Of a stretch of DNA of 64,000 nt, positions 51,283 to 64,000 are shown one piece after another. The stretch lies in the NCBI GenBank assembly GCA_002269645.1, contig NIVC01003616.1, positions 1-64,000 of the forward strand, given 5' to 3'. Under the pieces are notes generated by a model. The model was not told the DNA's origin. It searched no databases and saw only the letters and a list, made by a program, of their open reading frames with translations. A program made the translations under genes and the position numbers. Within the stretch, counting starts at the first letter, position 1, and each line of letters begins with the position of its first letter. Source of the DNA: Macrostomum lignano (Eukaryota).

Positions 51283-54200
51283 TCACATCTCCACGGATCC
51301 TGCCGTCCCGGGCCCGACGCCGCCTCCACCACCACCACCACCACCACCGCCGCCGCCGCCGCCGCCGCCAGTGCCGACCCCACCGCCCAGGCCAGCCTGG
51401 TGCAGAAACGCCGGCGTCACCTTCCAGGCGAGAATCTGGCAGTCGAAGCCGGCCGTAAACAAATTGAATCGGTGCGAATCTTCGCCCCAGCAGGCGGCGC
51501 TGGCCAGCCGGAGGTGGCCGCACTTGCCGTCCTGGCGGGGCAGCCGGCCGAGTAGACGGCCGCCGCCGAGGTCGCCGACGCCTCCGGCGGACACTCCGGT
51601 AGCGGCGGCAGCGGCAACGGCAGACGCGGCGCCGGCAGATGCGGGGGCGTTGGCGGCGGCTGCAACGGCGCCGGCGACTCCAACATTGGCAGCGCTGCTC
51701 TGGCCACCGCCGCCTCCGCCGATGCTGGCACCGACACCAGCTGGCGCCAACAGATTGCCGACGCCGCCGCCGCTGCCGCTACCGCCGCTTCCACCGGCCG
51801 AAACGTTGACGCTAGTGGAGGACGCGACACCGATGGAGGTGCCGATGCCTCCGCCGCCGCCGCCGCCGCCGCTGCCGCCGAGGTGGCACAGCTGAACGTG
51901 CCGATTGTCAAGAGGCAGAGCGGCAATGCTGGGATAGTAGGGATGCACGGCCAGCCTGTTGACCGCAGCGTCCAGCCTGATGGTGGTGAGGGCGGTGGAC
52001 AGCTTGCGCATGTCCCACAGGCGCAGCATTCTGTCCGAGCCGCCGCTAACGATTCGCTCCGGACCGGCGAATGCGGCGCAGGTGACGGCGCCAGAGTGAG
52101 CGCGGTGCAGGTGCAAATCCACCTGAGGCAATGGACAGATTTATCATCGATACATATCGGCTCCCATCATACATAGATTTTTTAAAATTAGCCAAAAATG
52201 GAATTTGGGTGACAGAACTGGAATCTAGGTGACAAAAGTGGAATCTATGTGAAAGAAGTGGAATCTATGTGACAAAATCAGAATCTATGTGACAAAAGTG
52301 GAATCTATGTGACACAAGTGGAATCTATGTGACAAGTGGAATCTATGTGAAAAAAGTGGAATCTATGTGAAAAAAGTGGAATCTATATGACAAAAGCAGA
52401 ATCTATGTGACAAAAGTAGAATCTATGTGACACAAGTGGAATCTATGTGACAAAAGCAGAATCTATGTGACAAAAGTAGAATCTATATGACACAAGTGGA
52501 ATCTATGTGACAAAATCAGAATCTATGTGACAAAAGCAGAATCTATGTGACAAAAGTGGATTCTATGTGACACAAGTGGAATCTATGTGACACAAGTGGA
52601 ATCTATGTGACACAAGTGGAATCTATGTGAAAAAAGTGGAATCTATGTGACAAAAGCAGAATCTATGTGACAAAAGTGGAATCTATGTGACACAAGTGGA
52701 ATCCATGTGACAAAAGTGGAATCTATGTGACACAAGTGGAATCCATGTGACAAAATCAGAATCTATGTGACAAAAGTGGAATCTATGTGACAAAAGTGGA
52801 ATCTATGTGACACAAGTGGAATCTATGTGACAAAATCAGAATCTATGTGACAAAAGCAGAATCTATGTGACAAAAGTGGAATCTATGTGACACAAGTGGA
52901 ATCTATGTGACACAAGTGGAATCTATGTGAAAAAAAGTGGAATCTATGTGAAAAAGTGGAATCTATGTGACAAAAGTGGAATCTATGTGACAAAAGTGGA
53001 ATCTATGTGACACAAGTGGAATCTATGTGACAAAATCAGAATCTATGTGAAAAAAGTGGAATCTATGTGACAAAAGTGGAATCTATGTGACACAAGTGGA
53101 ATCTATGTGACACAAGTGGAATCTATGTGACAAAAGCGGAATCTGTCACAAAAGTGGAATCTATGTGACAAAAGCGGAATCTGTCACAAAAGTGGAATCT
53201 ATGTGACAAAAGTGGAATTTAGGAAACAGAAAAGAAACTTAGGTGACAAAACTAGGATTTAGGTGACAAGTGGAACTCGCTCACTCACCGGCTCTCCCAT
53301 ATTGAGGTCCCAAAGGCCGAAGTAGCCATCTTTGCTGCTAGTCAGAGCCAGCCGCCTACCGGGATGACAGGCCACCCCGGTGATGATGTCCTCGTGGCCC
53401 TCGTAGATGCGAATCAGTTTGCCAGTCTCGGCGCTCCACAGGGCCATGGGGCAGACCCGATCCCAGGAGCCCGTCACCACCTCGCAGCCGGAGATGAAAT
53501 CTGCACCGATCACGGGCGCCGTGTGGTGGCCTGGGCGGGCGGGAGGAGCAGAGAGATGGCTAATCAATCAATCAATCAACCAATCAATACTCTAATCAAT
53601 CAATCAATCAATCCACCAATTAATCAATACTCTAATCAATCAATCAATAAATCCACCAATCAGTCAATACTCTAATCAATCAATCAATCAATCAATAAAT
53701 CCACCAATCAATCAATACTCTAATCAATCAATCAATCCATCAATCAATCAATCCAATACTCTAATCAATTAATTAATCAATCAATCAATCAATCAATACT
53801 CTAATCAATCAATAAATCAATCAATCCACCAATCAATACTCTAATCAATCAATCAATCAATCAATCAATCCACCAATCAATACTCTAATAAATCAATCAA
53901 TCGATCACTCAATCAATCAATTCCTAGAATCATATAAGCAATCAATATAAACTGTCAAGGAACAAAAGCATTCCAATTTAGACACGCCGCCAGCCCTCGC
54001 TCACCGGACAGCACCAGAGCCGGCTCGCTAATCACTTTGCAGGGCTCGGAGCCGCCAACAGAGGCGGAAGCGGAAGCGGGCAAATCGTGGCTGGGCAGCC
54101 GGATCAGGTGGGCCGCCGTATCGCCAGAAGCCGTCAATAGAATATCAGACGAAGGATGAAACCGAACGGAATTAACCGAGCCGGCGTGGCCCCGATACTC

Positions 54201-55987
54201 GATCAGACAGCAGCTGTCCCGATCGTTGCACAGCCAGACTCTCGCGGTGCCGTCAGCCGAGCAGCTGGCCACGAGATTCCTTCGCGGGAAAGCCGACAGG
54301 CCCCAGACGCCGTCCGTGTGACCCAGCAGCCTGGTGACAAACTGGCAGTGCTGCGAGGGCAATACAGGGCGCAGACTGGACACGATTCTATTGGTCTGCT
54401 GCTTGTACTGAGCTTTGATTCTTTGGTAGATTGCATTCTGCTGCTGTTGTTGCTGCTGATGGGGCTGCTGCTGATGCTGCTGAGTGGCGGTCAATTTTCT
54501 GTTGGCCGACTCTCCGGCCAATTCGTTGCCGTCTGGCTGGTCCGCCTGCTGCTTGTCGAGTCGGCTCAACTGCTGGCGCACCTGCGGATTGATGATGGGG
54601 GATTAGCACAGTTTAACTATGTAGTTTTATCTGTATAAAATACCTTGAAGCAGCAATGGTCATAAACCTGCTTTTGTGTCATACCCGTAACTGTACCTAC
54701 TACTTTTGAGCAACTAGAACACACCTTGTACCAGTCCGAACACGCCTGTGCCAGTCCAGACACACCAGTGCCAGTCCCAGACATACCAGTGCCAGTCCCA
54801 GACACCTGAGCCAGTCAAGACACACCAGTGCCAGTCCCAGACACACCTGTGCCAGTCCGAACACACCTGTGCCAGTCCGAACAAACCTGTGCCAGTCCAG
54901 ACACACCTGTGCCAGTCCCAGACACACCTGTGCCAGTCCGAACACACCTGTGCCAGTCCGAACACACCTGTGCCAGTCCCAGACACACCTGAGCCAGTCC
55001 AGACACACCTGAGCCAGTCCAGACACACCTGTGCCAGTCCCAGACACACCTGAGCCAGTCCAGACACACCTGAGCCAGTCCAGACACACCTGAGCCAGTC
55101 CAGACACACCTGAGCCAGTCAAGACACACCTGTGCCAGTCAAGACACACCTGTGCCAGTCAAGACACACCTGTGCCAGTCAAGACACACCTGTGCAGTCC
55201 AGACACACCTGTGCCAGTCAAGACACACCTGAGCCAGTCCAGACACACCTGTGCCAGTCAAGACACACCTGAGCCAGTCCAGACACACATGAGCCAGTCC
55301 AGACACACCTGTGCCAGTCCAGACACACTTGTGCCAGTCCAGACACACATGAGCCAGTCCAGACACACCTGTGCCAGTCCAAAAACACCTTTGCCAGTCC
55401 AGACATACCTGTGCCAGTCAAGACACACCTGTGCAGTCCAGACACACCTGTGCCAGTCAAGACACACCTGAGCCAGTCCAGACACACCTGTGCCAGTCAA
55501 GACACACCTGAGCCAGTCCAGACACACATGAGCCAGTCCAGACACACCTGTGCCAGTCCGAACACACCTGTGCCAGTCCAGACATACCTGTGCCAGTCCA
55601 GACACACCTACGCCAGTCCAGACACACCTGCTCCAGTCCAGACGCACCTGTTCCAGTCCCAGACACACCTGTGCCAGTCTAAACACACCTGAGCCACACC
55701 TGTGCCAGACACCTGTAACGCACCTGCCTCCGAATCTCTTTCTCAATTTCGGTCTCCAGCTGGCCCATTATCTTGTGAAATTTCACTCGAAACTCCGGCG
55801 TGAGGCCGCCCATTTCGCCGGCTCCGCTGCCTCCGCCACCGCCGCCGCTCCTGACGCCGGAAGCGCCGCCAGAAGAATCCAGACCGGAAGTCAGCCGTTT
55901 CCGATCCAACAGTTGATGCTGCGGCACCGCAGCCCTGTGACCGTAGCCGCCGCCGCCCCCTCCGCCGCTGCTCTCTTCGCTGGACAT
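51283..55987 (-). CDS. WDR37: WD repeat-containing protein 37, 640 aa
   Basis: Exons 55987-55724, 54581-54005, 53530-53289 and 52122-51283, with consistent phases. WDR37-like segments: N-terminal coil (PEFRVKFHKIMGQLETEI), KAQYKQQTNRIVSS, GHTDGVW, SADGTARVW, GHAGSVNSVRFHPS, TASGD, TGSWDR, TSSKD, LPLDNRHV, RLPR..GH, and NLFTAGFD. Confidence 0.93.
52200..53250. repeat. 20-bp minisatellite GAATCTATGTGACAAAAGTG, WDR37 intron 3
   Basis: About 50 units. Confidence 0.96.
53560..53930. repeat. (ATCA)n microsatellite with TACTCTA interruptions, WDR37 intron 2
   Basis: Directly visible. Confidence 0.93.
54720..55720. repeat. 20-21-bp minisatellite GCCAGTCCAGACACACCTGT, WDR37 intron 1
   Basis: About 48 units; starts right at the donor site. 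Confidence 0.96.
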
Positions 55988-56204
55988 CTACAGGCGATGG
56001 CCAACCGTGCCTCAATGTCACCCGTGTTAACACAATATGCCCAGATGCTGGACGAGCGCGTCAGAATCTTTTAATAGTTGTGACTCAGTTAGTGAATTCT
56101 TTCAAAATATAGAAGCTGAAAGTGTAAATAGCGAATTTTTAATAATTATACCATTATAATATTGTAAAACCATTCTAAAGGCTGACTTTATTTTAGTTCA
56201 CTAG

Positions 56205-56850
56205 AATTCAAAAGTGGGCCTCCGATTGTCAGTTGCTGGGCCACAATCCTCCCAGATCCTCAGTTGCTGGGCCAGCCTCCCAGATCCTCAGTTGCTGGGC
56301 CAGCCTCCCAAATCCTCAGCTGCTGGGCCAGCCTCCCAGATCCTCAGTTGCAGGGCCAGCCTCCCAGATACTCAGTTGCTGGGCCAGCCTCCCAGATCCT
56401 CAGTTGCTGGGCCAGCCTCCCAGATCCTCAGTTGCTGGGCCAGCCTCCCAAATCCTCAGCTGCTGGGCCAGCCTCCCAGATCCTCAGTTGCTGGGCCAGC
56501 CTCCCAGATCCTCAGTTGCTGGGCCAGCCTCCCAGATCCTCAGCTGCTGGGCCACCAGCCTCCCAGATCCTCAGTTGCTGGGCCAGCCTCCCAGATCCTC
56601 AGTTGCTGGGCCAGCCTCCCAGATCCTCAGCTGCTGGGCCACCAGCCTCCCAGATCCTCAGTTGCTGGGCCAGCCTCCCAGATACTCAGTTGCTGGGCCA
56701 GCCTCCCAGATCCTCAGTTTCTGGGCCAGCCTCCCAGATACTCAGTTGCTGGGCCAGCCTCCCAGATCCTCAGTTGCTGGGCTAGCCTCCCAGATCCTCA
56801 GTTGCTGTTTCAGCCTTCCAGATCCTCAGTTGCTAGGCCAGCCTCCTAGT
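56205..56850 (+). repeat. 28-bp minisatellite (copy 2), between the acyl-CoA dehydrogenase stop and the WDR37 start
   Basis: About 23 homogeneous units of GCCAGCCTCCCAGATCCTCAGTTGCTGG. Confidence 0.96.
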
Positions 56851-57418
56851 TGCTAAGCGAACGCTACCCTTTGTATCAAATTAAAACTTTAGGTGCTGAC
56901 AAAATTTTAATCCTAACCTTAATCCTTACTCAGATTTCTTTGATTTCTAAGAAATGGACAGTGCTTAATAATTGACACAGTTAAAATTCGATTTGATTAC
57001 GGAAACATCTTTATTCACAAATTAGAAAAGTTAAGCTTACATTTATCACAATATACTAATAAGTAGTAGCATATTCACTTTTAAAGCACCAGGCATTTAA
57101 ATCACCCAAAGCATATCTATACGCGCATGCAAGATTGCAGGTACACACTCTTAAAAATGATTAAAAAATTGACACGATAGTTTAAAGGAATTAGAACGGT
57201 TAGATTCTACTGCACATGATTTCAAAACTATTAGAGATAAGAATAAATTACAAAAAACGAAATTTGTCAGAAAAATCCAATTTACTACTAACAAATTACG
57301 TCACTCAGTAGAAGCATCGAACATTATGGGAAAAGTTTCTAAAAAATTGAGAAAAAATACAATATTTATTCGCCTAATAGTACTCAATAATAACCGTAAG
57401 CTACTTACTGATTCTTCA

Positions 57419-58977
57419 TCATTTCTTCGGCGGCTTAGGCAGAGTGCGCATGTACTTGCAAATGATTGACAGCATCACTTCGTCAGCGCCAGCCCCGATA
57501 GACAGCAGTCGACCGTCGCGATAGAATCGGCTAACTCGAACCTCGTCAGTGAAGCCCATGCCGCCCCAGTACTGCAGGCAGCTGTCCGTCACTTCGCGTA
57601 CAAGCCGGCCAGCTTTGAGTTTGGCCATAGAGGCCAGCATAGTGACGTCATTGCCGGCAACGTACTTGGCCGTGGCTCGATAAACCATTGAGCGAAGAAG
57701 CTCAACTTCTGTGAGCAGTTCGGCCAGACGAAAATGAACAGTTTGAAAGTCGAGCAGAGACTGGCCGAAGGCTTTGCGCTGACGGGCGTATTCAGCAGTT
57801 TCCTGGAGTTTATGATGTGGATTAACTGAGGATCTGGGAGGCTGGACCAGCAACTGACACACTGGAAGTCTGGCCCAGTAACTGACTGAGGATCTGGGAG
57901 GCTGGCCCAGTAACTGACTGAGGATCTGGGAGGCTGGCCCAGTAACTGACTGAGGATCTGGGAGGCTGGCCCAGTAACTGACTGAGGATCTGGGAGGCTG
58001 GCCCAGTAACTGACTGAGGATCTGGGAGGCTGGCCCAGTAACTGACTGAGGATCTGGGAGGCTGGCCCAGTAACTGACTGAGGATCTGGGAGGCTGGCCC
58101 AGTAACTGACTGAGGATCTGGGAGGCTGGCCCAGTAACTGACTGAGGATCTGGGAGGCTGGCCCAGCAACTGGAGATCTGGCAGGCTGGCCCAGCAACTC
58201 GGGATCTGGGAGGCTGGCTCGGAAACTGGGGATCTGGGAGGCTGGCCCAGCAACTGGAGATCTGGCAGGCTGGCCCAGCAACTGGAGATCTGGCAGGCTG
58301 GCCCAGCAACTCAGGATCTGGGAGGCTGGCTCGGAAACTGGGGATCTGGGAGGCTGGCCCAGTAACTGACACTCTGGGAGGCTGGCCCAGTAACTGACAC
58401 TCTGGGAGGCTGGCCCAGCAACTGACACTCTGGGAGGCTGGCCCAGTAACTGAGGCTCTGGGAGGCTGGCCCAGCAACTGAAAATCTAAGTGCCTGGCCC
58501 AGCAACTGAGGATCTGGGGGGCTGGCCCAGCAACTGAGGATCTGGGGGGCTGGCCCAGCAACTGAGGATTTGGCAGGCTGGCCCAGCAACTGGGGATCTG
58601 GCAGGTGTGATGACTATCAATAGCTTTGAATTTCGCACCTGAATTATAAGCTCCAGGCCCAGCAGGTTAGCAGCTGCCCCAAACAGTCGCTCCTCCTGAA
58701 ACTGCAGCATCTGGTAAATGAATCCCTGACCAGGCTCGCCAATAAGGTAGCTGGCTGGTACTCGGACATTTTCGAAGAATAACTGAGCAGTGTCCGAGCT
58801 GTGCATACCGATTTTGCGGATCTTGCGAGCGCGTTGAACACCGGGCAAGTCTAGCGGCAGGCAGATTAGGGATTTGGACAGATAGGGATCTTTCACCGAC
58901 GCCTCGGTGTTGGCTAGAAGGCACATCCAGTCCGCCTGCATACCGCTGGTGATCCACATCTTGCTGCCGTTGATAAC
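57419..58977 (-). CDS. Acyl-CoA dehydrogenase, last two exons (5' exons presumably beyond the window)
   Basis: Exon 58977-58639 (VINGSKMWITSGMQADW, KIGMHSSDTAQLFFENVRVP, QFQEERL) and exon 57802-57419 (RQRKAFG, SMAKL, CLQYWGGMGF, YRDGRLLSIGAGADEVM), joined by a phase-0 GT-AG intron. Confidence 0.93.
57820..58605 (-). repeat. 28-bp minisatellite (copy 3, inverted relative to copy 2), last acyl-CoA dehydrogenase intron
   Basis: The plus strand reads CTGAGGATCTGGGAGGCTGGCCCAG(C/T)AA, including a 32-bp variant block. Confidence 0.96.
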
Positions 58978-59139
58978 CTGATTGACAGCGATTTAAGAGG
59001 ATTTTTAAGAAGGATTTCAAGGCATTCCAAAGCGGTCTTATTAGTTAAGCACTATTAATTTATATTAGAATTTCTGCAGTTCCAAGATTAGTTAATATTG
59101 TGTTTTACATAAAGTAATGATTCTGAATGCCTATCAAAT

Positions 59140-64000
<4,861 letters not shown>

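Noticed and set aside
51209-51895. Poly-Pro (formin/WASP-like) ORF on the plus strand
   Set aside because: Antisense reading of the WDR37 Gly/Ala codons.
54617-56856. CLDW/GTGVS and GQPPRSS ORFs, and the 55550-56074 plus-strand ORF
   Set aside because: Minisatellite translations, or antisense to WDR37 exon 1.

Overview
Eukaryotic (metazoan invertebrate) genomic DNA. GC-rich exons with poly-Gly/Ala/Gln tracts and minisatellite-filled introns resemble the flatworm Macrostomum; the organism is an inference. Six spliced host genes were reconstructed by hand with GT-AG junctions and consistent phases: an alpha-arrestin with two 1-bp frameshifts (+, 1217-6146), IFRD1-like (+, 24754-27253), CaMKI (-, 29512-44158), RPL4 (+, 46419-50160), WDR37 (-, 51283-55987) and the 3' exons of an acyl-CoA dehydrogenase (-, 57419-58977). 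Mobile DNA comprises a full-length hAT transposon with TIRs and an 8-bp TSD (14524-18725), two 8-bp-TSD MITEs, a decayed hAT fragment, a probable SINE head, and an apparently intact LOA-like non-LTR retrotransposon (APE-RT-RNase H) running off the right end. About 25 tandem arrays are present, including a 7.4-kb (GATA)n satellite; most long ORFs in the supplied track are artefacts of these arrays. Best novelty candidates: (1) an orphan 136-aa Trp-heptad, Cys-rich coiled-coil gene at 10528-10938; (2) a private minisatellite in 16 of 18 introns, often carrying splice-site mimics; (3) inverted copies of a dispersed 28-bp minisatellite bracketing the last acyl-CoA dehydrogenase exon, which has a consensus donor just after its stop, suggesting a circRNA or a dicistronic link to WDR37; (4) a minisatellite apparently seeded from the retrotransposon ORF1.
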